NCBI GenBank assembly: GCA_965246985.1 | Contig: OZ251998.1 | Coordinates: 6,596,430 to 6,660,429 of the forward strand | Source: Candidatus Poribacteria bacterium | Lineage (GTDB): Bacteria; Poribacteria; WGA-4E; WGA-3G | DNA length: 64,000 nucleotides | Reading direction: 5' to 3' | Part shown: positions 8,536-18,080 of the stretch, piece after piece | Layout: each line of letters begins with the position of its first letter | How positions within the stretch are numbered: position 1 is the first letter of the stretch | Notes under the pieces: model-generated | The model's database searches: none | What the model saw: the letters and a program-made list of their open reading frames with translations, nothing else | What the model was told of the DNA's origin: nothing | Position numbers and translations under genes: made by a program

Positions 8536-9996
8536 ATGTCAAAACGTCCAAATATTTTATGGTACTGTACAGATCAGCAACGTTTCGACACCATCGGAGC
8601 GTTAGGAAATCCGCATATTAACACGCCAAGACTTGATGAATTTGTCCGGCAGTCGGTTACATTCACCCATGCCTATTGTCAATCTCCCATCTGTACACCT
8701 TCCCGGGCAAGTTTCATGACGGGTATGTATCCGTCAGCCGTGAGTGTCACCGGCAACGGTAACTCGGTTTTCCCTGAACACTACGAAGACCGATTGATTA
8801 CGCACGCGCTCGCCCAAGACGGCTACGACTGTGGATTGATTGGTAAACTCCATCTCGCGAGTGCATTCGATGCACAAGAAAATCGAGTCAACGACGGCTA
8901 CCGCTACTTCCAATATAGCCATGACCACGGCAAACCGAACGCGTTGGGGCACGAATACGCTGATTGGCAACGCGCACAAGGTGTTGATCCTGCAGCGTTG
9001 ATAGCTGGAAAGGCTATCTCCCAAAAGTATCCGAATAGAACCGGACGCGTGCATGCACCGACACCCGATCGCGATAACATCCCGCCAGAGCTCCACCAGA
9101 CCTACTGGTGCACCGAAAAAACGATTGAATTTATTGAGAAAAACCGCCGCGAAAATCAGCCGTGGATGCTGAGTATCAATCCGTTTGACCCACACCCACC
9201 GTTTGACGCGCCTTGGGAGTATTACCGGCGATATAACCCAGAAACACTGCCCGGACCGCACTTTCAGGAAAGCGATATCGCCTTTCAGTCGAAATTGACG
9301 GATGCGGGTATTGATTTCCAATCACAGGCGAAACCACCGGCAGCATGGGACGACAAACGGATGCAAGCGTCTTATTACGCTATGATTGAACAACTCGACC
9401 ACGAATTTGGGCGTACACTTGATTATCTTGATGCCCAGGGACTTCGGGACGATACTATCATCATCTTTACATCCGATCACGGGGAGGCACTCGGAGACCA
9501 CGGCTTAGTATACAAAGGGTGTCGTTTTTATGAAGGATCGGTGCGCGTGCCGCTTATCATCTCATGGCAAAACCATTTCCTGCAGGATATTCAAAGCGAC
9601 GCACTCGTTGAACTGCTTGATATTGTTCCTACGTTGTACGATGCATTGGGTGTAGACATCCCTTACTACGTACAGGGTAAATCTTTTGCACCACTCTTGC
9701 GCGGCGACGCGCCTGCCAACGAGCACCGCGAGGCGGTTCGTTGCGAATTCTTCGATGCAATCTCAATGCCCGATCAGACCCACGCCACGATGCACCGAGA
9801 CCGACGCTGGAAACTTGTCGTGTATCATCAGAAGGGCATTTGTGAACTGTACGACCTTGACAACGACCCCTGGGAACACAACGACCTTTCCGAGCATACC
9901 GATTACCAAGCCATCAAGTGGGAATTGATGCAAAAGAGTTTCGATGCCACCGTCTATGCGCACCCTCAGATGATACCTCGTGTCGCTTCGCATTAG
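8536..9996 (+). CDS. Sulfatase (Cys-type, formylglycine-dependent)
   Basis: CTPSRASFMTG (C-x-P-x-R signature) and SDHGE. AGGAG SD. No obvious signal peptide. Confidence 0.95.
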   Translation: MSKRPNILWYCTDQQRFDTIGALGNPHINTPRLDEFVRQSVTFTHAYCQSPICTPSRASFMTGMYPSAVSVTGNGNSVFPEHYEDRLITHALAQDGYDCGLIGKLHLASAFDAQENRVNDGYRYFQYSHDHGKPNALGHEYADWQRAQGVDPAALIAGKAISQKYPNRTGRVHAPTPDRDNIPPELHQTYWCTEKTIEFIEKNRRENQPWMLSINPFDPHPPFDAPWEYYRRYNPETLPGPHFQESDIAFQSKLTDAGIDFQSQAKPPAAWDDKRMQASYYAMIEQLDHEFGRTLDYLDAQGLRDDTIIIFTSDHGEALGDHGLVYKGCRFYEGSVRVPLIISWQNHFLQDIQSDALVELLDIVPTLYDALGVDIPYYVQGKSFAPLLRGDAPANEHREAVRCEFFDAISMPDQTHATMHRDRRWKLVVYHQKGICELYDLDNDPWEHNDLSEHTDYQAIKWELMQKSFDATVYAHPQMIPRVASH

Positions 9997-10179
9997 TACT
10001 TTTTAGTTATAAGTTATCGGTCATCAGTTTTCAGTTTTGGGTTTGCGGTTGCTGAACATCTTCCTTTAACGGCGTTAGAAAATTGAAGCTGCGAAGGTTA
10101 CAAAGAGGGTATCGGTTCATCAGAAACCTCTTTAACTGACAACTGATAACTGAAAACTATTTCCAAGGTGGGAAAATAG

Positions 10180-12093
10180 ATGACCTTGCGAGCAGTTCTG
10201 ATCGGTTTAGCACTCGTTATCGTACAGACAGCCATTACACCATATAACGACTACTATCTCCAAGGGACAGATATTTCCGGAAATCATTTTCCTTTGGGGG
10301 CAGTTTTTACGCTGATTTTTCTTGCCATAGTCGTCAATCCGATTCTGAAAAAGGCGTTTCCTCGGGCTGTGCTAAGTCCGGCGGAGTTGATGGTCGTATG
10401 GGTAATGATGGGTGTGAGTTCAGCGATTCCATCAAAAGGGATGATAGGGTACTTACTCCCGTATCTGGCGGCACCCGTCTATTTTGCGACACCTGAAAAC
10501 GAATGGGCAGAAACACTTCACCCACACTTCCCCGAATGGCTAATTGTATGGGATAAGCGCGCCGTTACCGATTTCTATGAGGGTGAGTCGCTTGTGCCTT
10601 GGTTACTCTGGGTAAAACCGCTTCTTGTCTGGACAGTTTTCATTCTTCTACTCTACTGTCTGATCTTTTGTGTATCAATTCTGATACGGAAACAGTGGGT
10701 GGAACGCGAAAGGTTCATTTTTCCGCTCGTTACTGTCCCGGTAGAGATGGTTCAGCAGGCCTCAACGCATGGCAGTCTGGGTAGTTTTTTCACGAGCCGA
10801 CTCGTATGGGTAGGGTTTGGGATCGCCGCCGCATTTCATCTACTCAATGGACTGCATGAATATGTTCCGTCGCTCCCGTCCATTCCGAATCGGTACGACC
10901 TGTATACCCCGTTCACGGAACGTCCATGGATTGTGATGGGGTGGTGGCCCCAATTCCGATTCTTTCTCTATTTTTCCGTTATCGGTATAACCTATTTTCT
11001 TGCTATGGAGGTGTCTTTCAGCTGCTGGTTTTTCTTTCTATTCTTCAAGCTGCAGTACATCATCATTAACGCTTTTGCTATCCCTATCAGTCCATGGATT
11101 TCTGCAAGAGGACAAACGATGGCTGCCTATGTGGTCATGGTTCTCGCCTTCCTGCTTAACAGTCGCGTCCATATAACAGACCTCCTGAAGCGAACATTTC
11201 TGGAATCGGCTACTTCCACAACGATTGACGACTCAGATGAGGTGTTGCCGTATAGGTGGGCAGTGCTGGGAACGATCTTTAGTTTTCTACTGCTTGCAGG
11301 TCTCTGCGTCTACGCCGGAATGTCGCTTTGGGTCGCTTGTAGTATTATCGCACTTTTTTTGATCACTTCTATCGCGTTATCGTGGATGGTAGTCAATGGA
11401 GGAATGTTGCTGATCCAGGCACCGATGTACCCTGTAGAATACTTTGAGATTGTTACGGGTTCAAGAATCATCGATGCAAATAGTTTAGCACTCTTAGGGT
11501 TTCAGCGGGTGATGATGCGTGACTGGGGCGGTATTTTGATGCCGAGTGTTCTGCACGGATTCAAAGCGGCAGATCCCTTTAGACTGAAGCGAAGAAGCAT
11601 ACTCGGTGCTATGGTACTTGCCATTATTGTCGCTATCGGTGTTTCCTACGCTGCGTCGCTACCCTTAATTTATGAAAAAGGAGGCTTAAATCTGCAAAGG
11701 GGTCCCTTCATTGGATCGCCGAGGTACTTCAATCACATGGTTTCACTGATTCAGTATCCGAAAGACATGAAATTGGACGAGGCGTACAGCATGCTCCTCG
11801 GTGCCGGCATCACCGGCTTCCTACTGATTATGCAGCGTCAATTTATGTGGTGGCAACTCCACCCGATTGGGTATGTGATGGGTGCGGTCTATTCCTCTTA
11901 TTTCCTCTGGTCGTGTATGTTTGTTGGTTGGTTCTTGAAGTACCTAATCCTGAAATCGGGCGGCATCGGATCCTATCGGAGGTTACGTCCACTGTTTATG
12001 GGATTCATTGTCGGTGAATTCGGCATCGTAGGGTTTTGGATGGTGATTGGGATGTTTACCGGTGTGAATTACCAGAATGCATTACCGGGATGA
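10180..12093 (+). CDS. Large polytopic inner-membrane protein of unknown function
   Basis: 637-aa ORF with many hydrophobic segments. I recognised no catalytic motif. Confidence 0.75.
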   Translation: MTLRAVLIGLALVIVQTAITPYNDYYLQGTDISGNHFPLGAVFTLIFLAIVVNPILKKAFPRAVLSPAELMVVWVMMGVSSAIPSKGMIGYLLPYLAAPVYFATPENEWAETLHPHFPEWLIVWDKRAVTDFYEGESLVPWLLWVKPLLVWTVFILLLYCLIFCVSILIRKQWVERERFIFPLVTVPVEMVQQASTHGSLGSFFTSRLVWVGFGIAAAFHLLNGLHEYVPSLPSIPNRYDLYTPFTERPWIVMGWWPQFRFFLYFSVIGITYFLAMEVSFSCWFFFLFFKLQYIIINAFAIPISPWISARGQTMAAYVVMVLAFLLNSRVHITDLLKRTFLESATSTTIDDSDEVLPYRWAVLGTIFSFLLLAGLCVYAGMSLWVACSIIALFLITSIALSWMVVNGGMLLIQAPMYPVEYFEIVTGSRIIDANSLALLGFQRVMMRDWGGILMPSVLHGFKAADPFRLKRRSILGAMVLAIIVAIGVSYAASLPLIYEKGGLNLQRGPFIGSPRYFNHMVSLIQYPKDMKLDEAYSMLLGAGITGFLLIMQRQFMWWQLHPIGYVMGAVYSSYFLWSCMFVGWFLKYLILKSGGIGSYRRLRPLFMGFIVGEFGIVGFWMVIGMFTGVNYQNALPG

Positions 12094-12149
12094 TTTTTTG
12101 TCTACTCATAGGTGTCAATTTAAGAAAGTGCTTCATCGTAGGGAATCAA

Positions 12150-12176
12150 CGCCGAATGCGCGTCCGGCATTCGGCG
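12150..12176. terminator. Perfect 10-bp-stem hairpin between convergent genes (REP-like / bidirectional terminator)
   Basis: CGCCGAATGC gcgtccg GCATTCGGCG, preceded by GTAGGG. Confidence 0.5.
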
Positions 12177-12197
12177 GGGTTGAAGGGTTAGTGATAT

Positions 12198-14945
12198 TTA
12201 GGGATTTATCTTCCAAAGAAGTACAGAACCATCATCGCTGCCACTTGCGAGAGTTTTCCCATCCGGACTGAACGCGATACTTCTGACCCAAGCAGTATGA
12301 CCGGTCAGTGTTTTCTTATGTTGACCTGTGTGCGGATCCCACAAGCGGATGTCGCTGTCTACGCTCCCGCTCGCCAATGTTTTACCATCCGGACTGAATG
12401 CCAAACTGAACACCCAATGTGTGTGCCCGATGAGGGTCATCTTGCTTTTACCTGTCTCTACATCCCATAGATGAATAACGTTATCACCACCGCCACTTGC
12501 GAGGGTTTTACCATCCGGACTAAACGCCACACTCTTGACGCCTTCGACACTGGATGGACCATTATCGACACCTTCAAACTCACCGGCATGTCCGGTAAGT
12601 ATTCTCTTGGTCTCACCAGTGTCAACACTCCATAATCGTATAGTATTGTCATCACTGCCACTTGCGAGGGTTTTACTATCAGGACTAAAGGCAACGCTAT
12701 AGACTCTGTGCTCATGTCCGTTGAGTGTTTTCTTATGTTCACCCGTGTACATGTCCCACAGACGGATGGTCATGTCCTCGCTTCCACTCGCCAGTATATC
12801 TCCATCCGGACTGAGTGCCATGCTATGAATACCCCACGTATGTCCTGTAAGCAGCATTTTTTCTTCCCCGGTCCGGGCATCCTGTAGACGGATGTTTAAA
12901 CTATCCGTACAAGCGAGTGTTTTTCCATCTGGGGTGAATACCAAACCTGATGCATCGTTATTTGACCCTTTTAGTGTTTTCAAGTATAGTCCTGTGCCCG
13001 TATCCCAGAAGCGAATCGTGCCATCGCTATACCCGCTTGCGACAAATTTTCCATCGGGATTGAACGCCACGCTATAGACGTAATCCGTATGTCCAGTGAC
13101 TGCATATTTTTCATTGCCTGTGCGGACATCCCAGAAGCGGATGGTGCCATCGCCACTTCCGCTACTTGCGAGGGTTTTACCATCCGGACTGAAGGCTAAA
13201 CCCTCAATATCCCCCGTGTGTTCCGTGAGTGTTAGTCTGTGTTCGCCAGTGTGTGCATCCCAGATACGTACTGTTTCGTCTAAATATGATGAACTTGCGA
13301 GCATTTTTCCGTCTGGACTAAACACGACCCTTTGAACGTCCTCCGAATGGCCAGTGAGTTTTCGCTTAAGTTTACTTGTGTTTAAATCTGAGAGGTAGAT
13401 GATACCATCGCTATTGCCAATAGCGACTATTTTTCCATCAGGACTGAACGCTACGCTAAAGACACTATCTGTCATACGCACAGTGAATGTTTTCTTGGGT
13501 TTACCGGTGATCGTATCCGATATACAGATTTCGCTACCCCAAGTTACACTCACAATTGTTTTCCCATCCGGACTGAATGATAAATTACTGATATTTTCTG
13601 GGAGTCCTGTGAACGTCTGCTTCTGTTCTCCAGTAATCGCATCCCAAAATCGAATAGTACCGCCACTTCCATTTGCGAGTGTCTTGCCATCCGGACTGAA
13701 TACCAAGTTTGAGATCGATTCCGTACTCTTGGTGAGCACTTTTTGCGCACCTGTGCTTCTATGCCACAGCAGAATGGTGCCGTCTTCACTTCCACTCGCA
13801 AAGGTGTGTCCATCCGGACTGAATACAATACTGTTGACTACACTCGTATGCGCTGTGAGCAAGGCGACCTCTTGGTGTGTAGCTATATCGTAGATCCAAA
13901 TACCGATACCAGTCGCAACAACGAGAATTGCGCCATCGGAGGAATACTGTATTTTACTTATCTTACCTTTACCGAGGCGTGCTTTAACACCTTCTGGTAG
14001 ATTCCATTGCATGGATTCTTGTGCTATATTATTTTGCATAGACTTAGTGCCTGTTGGTAGACCGTTGCTGCTGTTTCGACCGGGGATAGTATCACTTCCG
14101 ACTCGGTTTTTCACATCAGGTTTTGATAGGATATTATGGGTAACGGGTGTGTCAACGATTTCAATAGTGGTTTCTGATTTTGCATCGAAACTATAGGGCG
14201 GCTGAGAACGCGCGATGAATTGATTGCTCGCTCCCATCAACAAAATAATCAAAATAGCAGATGAACCTAAAGCCGCTAACGGTAGAAACGGCTTACCTCC
14301 TGAAGGGGATGTCTGTTTGATTACATCAATGTTCTGCATGATGTTTTCGCTTAGATTTGGACTTAATGGGATGCTGCCGAGGGTCTCGCGAATTATCGGT
14401 TCCTCGTTCTTTAAACGTTTTCGAGCCCGTTGAAGCCGACTTTTAACCGTGTTCGGGGACACCCCTAAAAATTTGCTAATCTCTTCACAGGTCATTTCGC
14501 CGAGGTAGTAAAGGACCATCACCGTCCGTTCGCTTTCCGGCAGTTTTGCCATGAGCCTTTGCACGATTTCACGTTGATGTTCAACTGCGGTATCTTCACG
14601 TTGTTTACAGACATAGTGCGAATAAGCGGTTTTTTCGAGTGTTCCGTCACTGACGGCTTCCAACGATGGCATATTTGGTTGCTTCTTTCGGAACCATGCT
14701 CTGCAAAGCCGATCGGCAATTACATAGAGCCACCCGGCAAACTGACTCGGATTTTTTAGCGATGTGAGTTTTTTGTGTGCCTGAAGGAAGGTGTCTTGGG
14801 TAATCTCTTCAGCGATATGGAAATCTCCGATTTTCCGCCATGCGAGCGCGTGAACGCTTTTTTGGTATTTTTTTACCAAAATGCTAAAAGCCGTCTCGTC
14901 ACCTGACAATACGCTCTGAATCAGTTCAACGTCGTCTTTTTCCAT
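12198..14945 (-). CDS. ECF sigma-70 factor fused through one TM segment to 14 WD40 repeats
   Basis: The N-terminus carries sigma regions 2 and 4 (DFHIAEEITQDTFL; ...VSPNTVKSRLQRARKRL). A hydrophobic segment LPLAALGSSAILIILLMGA follows. I counted 14 blades ending in (W/L)(D/H/S)-type dipeptides (IRFWD, IRLWD...). I prefer the start at MEKDDVELIQ (14945), which has a GGGGG SD. Confidence 0.9.
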   Translation of the reverse strand: MEKDDVELIQSVLSGDETAFSILVKKYQKSVHALAWRKIGDFHIAEEITQDTFLQAHKKLTSLKNPSQFAGWLYVIADRLCRAWFRKKQPNMPSLEAVSDGTLEKTAYSHYVCKQREDTAVEHQREIVQRLMAKLPESERTVMVLYYLGEMTCEEISKFLGVSPNTVKSRLQRARKRLKNEEPIIRETLGSIPLSPNLSENIMQNIDVIKQTSPSGGKPFLPLAALGSSAILIILLMGASNQFIARSQPPYSFDAKSETTIEIVDTPVTHNILSKPDVKNRVGSDTIPGRNSSNGLPTGTKSMQNNIAQESMQWNLPEGVKARLGKGKISKIQYSSDGAILVVATGIGIWIYDIATHQEVALLTAHTSVVNSIVFSPDGHTFASGSEDGTILLWHRSTGAQKVLTKSTESISNLVFSPDGKTLANGSGGTIRFWDAITGEQKQTFTGLPENISNLSFSPDGKTIVSVTWGSEICISDTITGKPKKTFTVRMTDSVFSVAFSPDGKIVAIGNSDGIIYLSDLNTSKLKRKLTGHSEDVQRVVFSPDGKMLASSSYLDETVRIWDAHTGEHRLTLTEHTGDIEGLAFSPDGKTLASSGSGDGTIRFWDVRTGNEKYAVTGHTDYVYSVAFNPDGKFVASGYSDGTIRFWDTGTGLYLKTLKGSNNDASGLVFTPDGKTLACTDSLNIRLQDARTGEEKMLLTGHTWGIHSMALSPDGDILASGSEDMTIRLWDMYTGEHKKTLNGHEHRVYSVAFSPDSKTLASGSDDNTIRLWSVDTGETKRILTGHAGEFEGVDNGPSSVEGVKSVAFSPDGKTLASGGGDNVIHLWDVETGKSKMTLIGHTHWVFSLAFSPDGKTLASGSVDSDIRLWDPHTGQHKKTLTGHTAWVRSIAFSPDGKTLASGSDDGSVLLWKINP

Positions 14946-15113
14946 CAGAGACCCCCATAACCAACAGGACGGACGCAACGCGCAATGAACGCGCTACTAC
15001 GAACCACACTGCTTTTGAGAAACACATGTATTCCCAAGGTTTGTCTGTTAGTAGTCCGGCGATTTATCGCCTGTCTGCGTAAATCCTAACCAATTTAGGC
15101 TTACAATTGTTAG

Positions 15114-15147
15114 TGACGCGATTTTTCGGGGGGTAAGTTGCATAATT
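15114..15147 (-). promoter_or_regulatory. Candidate ECF-type promoter upstream of the sigma-WD40 gene
   Basis: Minus strand reads AATTATGCAAC-N15-TCGCGTCA. A near-identical motif lies upstream of the second ECF gene (47094-47126). Confidence 0.35.
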
Positions 15148-15354
15148 GTCATAATTGAAAAAAAACTGGATTTTTAATCAGAAATACCCTATTTTGCCGA
15201 CACCTGCAACCCATATTTACGGCAGATATTTTCTAAATAAGGTGCTATCGGTGTAAGAAACCCCCTAAATCCCCCTTATCAGGGGGACTCCTGGAGACTA
15301 CCTGTTATGAGAACTATCCAAATAGAAATGGTATCACTATAAATCGCGAGAAGC

Positions 15355-16488
15355 TTAAGATGTACCGAAAAGATCAGACCCGGGCATCAGATGTTCTCTC
15401 GCGACTTCTGCGTTTATTTCGACACCTAATCCGGGTTGTTCCGGTAGCACAAATGCGTTATCTTGCATGAGCGGTTCATCAGAGATTGCGAGGTCCCATC
15501 GCCAGTCCACCTGATCCGCGTGATATGGAAGTTCCATGACGATGAAATTCCGCACCGCAGCACAGACATGCGCTGTCGCCGTCATACCAATTGGCGATGT
15601 GATGTTGTGCGCTGCAAACGGCATATAATACAGATCTGCCAGATCCGCAATCTTCTTCGCCTCAAGTATCCCACCTGTTCCAGAGACATCAACGTGGAGC
15701 ATATCGCAGGCTTGGGTCTGGATCAATTCTCTGAAACCGTCTCGCCGAAACAGGAATTCACCTGTACAGATTGGAATAGAAGTAGCAGTGCTGACTTTCG
15801 CCATCGCTTCGACATTATCGTTCGGCACGGGGTCTTCCAAGAACATTAAATCGAACGGCTCTAAGCGTTCAGCGAGTTTCATCGCAGAATGGACGCTGAA
15901 TAGGCTATGACAGTCGATACTAATATCAATTTCATCACCAGCTGCCTCTCGTGCGGCGGCAACCAGCGATGTCATTTTCTGTAATTCTGCCGTGCTTAGT
16001 TCCCGATTAACTGCATCCTGCTTGAGTTCATTTGCGGAGTTATCGATGTCGAATTTGATTGCTTGGTAGCCGTCCCCAACACCTTCTCTGGCGCGTTGTG
16101 CCCAACCCTCTGGCGTGTTTCCCCTTCCATGCCCGACATCTGCATAAAGTCGAATCCGATCTCGATATTTTCCACCTAACAACTGATAGACCGGCACGCC
16201 GAGGCTTTTTCCAAGTAGATCCCACAGTGCTGTTTCTATCCCACCGATAGCGGATAGACCCATGGCATAACGGTTGCTCGCGGCACCAATCAGTCGATTG
16301 TAGAGAGGCTCTATATTTCTTGGATCAGCACCGACAAGCCTGTTCTTGAATTGCAGGATAATTTCAGAGATGCCTGCCCCTGGGTGTGCCTCTCCTATTC
16401 CTGTCAATCCCTCATCAGTTTCAATCTGAACGTAGTTCCATTGTTTGTATCCCTTTAGTGTCATCGCTTTCACATCAGTGATTTTCAT
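15355..16488 (-). CDS. Enolase-superfamily enzyme (mandelate racemase / sugar-acid dehydratase family)
   Basis: MKITDVKAMTLKGYKQWNYVQIETDEGLTGIGEA... is typical. The true start at 16488 has a GAAGGGG SD. The track's 62-aa N-terminal extension reads into a MITE. Confidence 0.9.
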   Translation of the reverse strand: MKITDVKAMTLKGYKQWNYVQIETDEGLTGIGEAHPGAGISEIILQFKNRLVGADPRNIEPLYNRLIGAASNRYAMGLSAIGGIETALWDLLGKSLGVPVYQLLGGKYRDRIRLYADVGHGRGNTPEGWAQRAREGVGDGYQAIKFDIDNSANELKQDAVNRELSTAELQKMTSLVAAAREAAGDEIDISIDCHSLFSVHSAMKLAERLEPFDLMFLEDPVPNDNVEAMAKVSTATSIPICTGEFLFRRDGFRELIQTQACDMLHVDVSGTGGILEAKKIADLADLYYMPFAAHNITSPIGMTATAHVCAAVRNFIVMELPYHADQVDWRWDLAISDEPLMQDNAFVLPEQPGLGVEINAEVAREHLMPGSDLFGTS

Positions 16489-16598
16489 GTCTGTACCCCT
16501 TCGTGTATGAAATTGGGAAAAATGAATTGGTGTTGCGTCCGCTAAGCATTCATGATAACATGTCTTTTGAGATTGTGCAACAACGATGGAAGGAGATT

Positions 16599-16741
16599 CA
16601 GGGCTATTCAGTTTTCGGTTTTGATTTTGGTTTTCGTTTACAGATGTTGACGTTTTCCGCAATATCGCGAGCACAGCTCGCTCCTACAGAGGAAAAAACA
16701 CACACATACATAAAGTAAATATGTACAACTGAATGGCTCTG
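16599..16741. mobile_element. 143-bp MITE (family B), diverged copy, in the divergent promoter region
   Basis: The TIRs are CAGGGCTATTCAGTT and AACTGAATGGCTCTG. It is flanked by direct AAGGAGATT (16590-16598 and 16742-16750). Its interior carries a hairpin+TCCTAC REP unit (16667-16687). Confidence 0.8.
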
Positions 16742-16754
16742 AAGGAGATTAGTT

Positions 16755-17660
16755 ATGACAGATCAAGAAATCAAGAACTCTTATGAGCGCGATGGTTACG
16801 TAGTGGTCAGAGACATTATTGATAACCGAGATTTGGATCCGATCCGCGACTTCATCAAAGCGAAGGTTGATGCCTATAGCGATGAATTGTATACGGAAGG
16901 CAAGTTGTCGTCGCGCTATGAAGACGAACCTTTTGAGAGACGTTATGCTGCTATTTGTCGAGCGTTGGATATACTCCCGCGCAACTGGACTTTTGGCATG
17001 TTCGGACGCGAATTTTATGATCTCTACAACCTTCCCGGTGTTCTTGATGTGCTTCATCTTCTCTTGGGTCCAGAGGTCTCGAATATCGGCACGCCTGCAC
17101 TACGGACGAAACTCCCGGGCAGCGTGATTACCTCGTTCCCGTGGCATCAAGACAGCCAATACCTCGACCAGTCCACTATCGGAAAGAAGGAGAAGCACAC
17201 AGGTGGTCTCCACATGGTTACGGTGTGGGTGCCGCTGGTCGAAGCGACAGTCGAAAATGGGTGTTGCTGGGTTATTCCGGGCAGCCACCGTTGGGGTTTA
17301 CTGGACGGTGCGCGAGGTGCTGATTCAAATGTCCGGATGGAAGAGGATGTTGAAGGGCGTGGGACCCCAGTACCTATTCCACTTGAACCCGGTGGTGCCT
17401 TGTTCATGTCGAACCTTTGTGTCCATACCAGCAAAGTGAACACGACACGGAGATCCCGTTGGAGCATCGACTTCCGCTATTTTCCCACACCTGATCGTGC
17501 TGACTTGACTGCCGCGCAGCGTAAAGCCGCCGAATTCGTTGAAAACAAAGTTCGGATGGGTGGTAGAGTGCCTCTCATCGTCCTCACCGAAGGGCACAAA
17601 CCAACTTGGAAGGAATGGAAGACACAAGTATCAGCGCAACAGACGCATAGGTCGGATTGA
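16755..17660 (+). CDS. Phytanoyl-CoA dioxygenase (PhyH) family Fe(II)/2-oxoglutarate oxygenase
   Basis: YERDGYVVVRDII..., PWHQDSQY (HxD) and a later H in VHTSKVN. The SD AAGGAG is the right-hand TSD copy of the MITE. Confidence 0.9.
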   Translation: MTDQEIKNSYERDGYVVVRDIIDNRDLDPIRDFIKAKVDAYSDELYTEGKLSSRYEDEPFERRYAAICRALDILPRNWTFGMFGREFYDLYNLPGVLDVLHLLLGPEVSNIGTPALRTKLPGSVITSFPWHQDSQYLDQSTIGKKEKHTGGLHMVTVWVPLVEATVENGCCWVIPGSHRWGLLDGARGADSNVRMEEDVEGRGTPVPIPLEPGGALFMSNLCVHTSKVNTTRRSRWSIDFRYFPTPDRADLTAAQRKAAEFVENKVRMGGRVPLIVLTEGHKPTWKEWKTQVSAQQTHRSD

Positions 17661-17957
17661 ACGGAGAAAGCGAACGGTTATCAATACCAAGAAAACGGTT
17701 TACTATGCTACATTCACAAGAGACCAACGGTTTACTATGCTACAATATAAACAGCCTTGAAACACGACACGAAACGGGCAGAAACTGTCTAAACTATTGT
17801 ATACTAAAGAATGGGGTGTAAAATTTTTGACACCCAACTTTGAAAATATCAATGCTAACATCCTGATTCTGACAAAATAGGGACTTTTGGGTGGGTAAAA
17901 TATGCATAAAATTTGCTAATATCCCCAAAAACACATTTTTTTGAAATTTTAATTAAT

Positions 17958-17986
17958 TTGACAAAACTCTTTTCAGCGGGTATAGT
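17958..17986 (+). promoter_or_regulatory. Sigma-70-type promoter candidate for the cytochrome/secreted-protein gene block
   Basis: TTGACA (17958-17963), a 17-nt spacer, then TATAGT (17981-17986), about 95 nt upstream of the 18081 start. Confidence 0.5.
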
Positions 17987-18080
17987 TAATCTCGTAAGTC
18001 GTCGAACGCGACCATTTACACATTTCGATTGCGAATATTGCTAACTTTTGTGAGTTGCATCTAAATCATTATAATGTCTA

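Noticed and set aside
7670-9321. Long antisense or alternate-frame ORFs inside clear genes (for example 7887..8492, 8734..9321, 21886..22320 and 58081..58650)
   Set aside because: Each lies wholly within a gene with strong family motifs on the other strand or frame. Their Ser/Arg/Pro-rich composition is typical of shadow ORFs.
16489-16674. 62-aa N-terminal extension of the enolase-family ORF (track start 16674)
   Set aside because: The extension reads into the MITE and promoter region. The family-typical N-terminus MKITDVK... begins at 16488 with a good SD.
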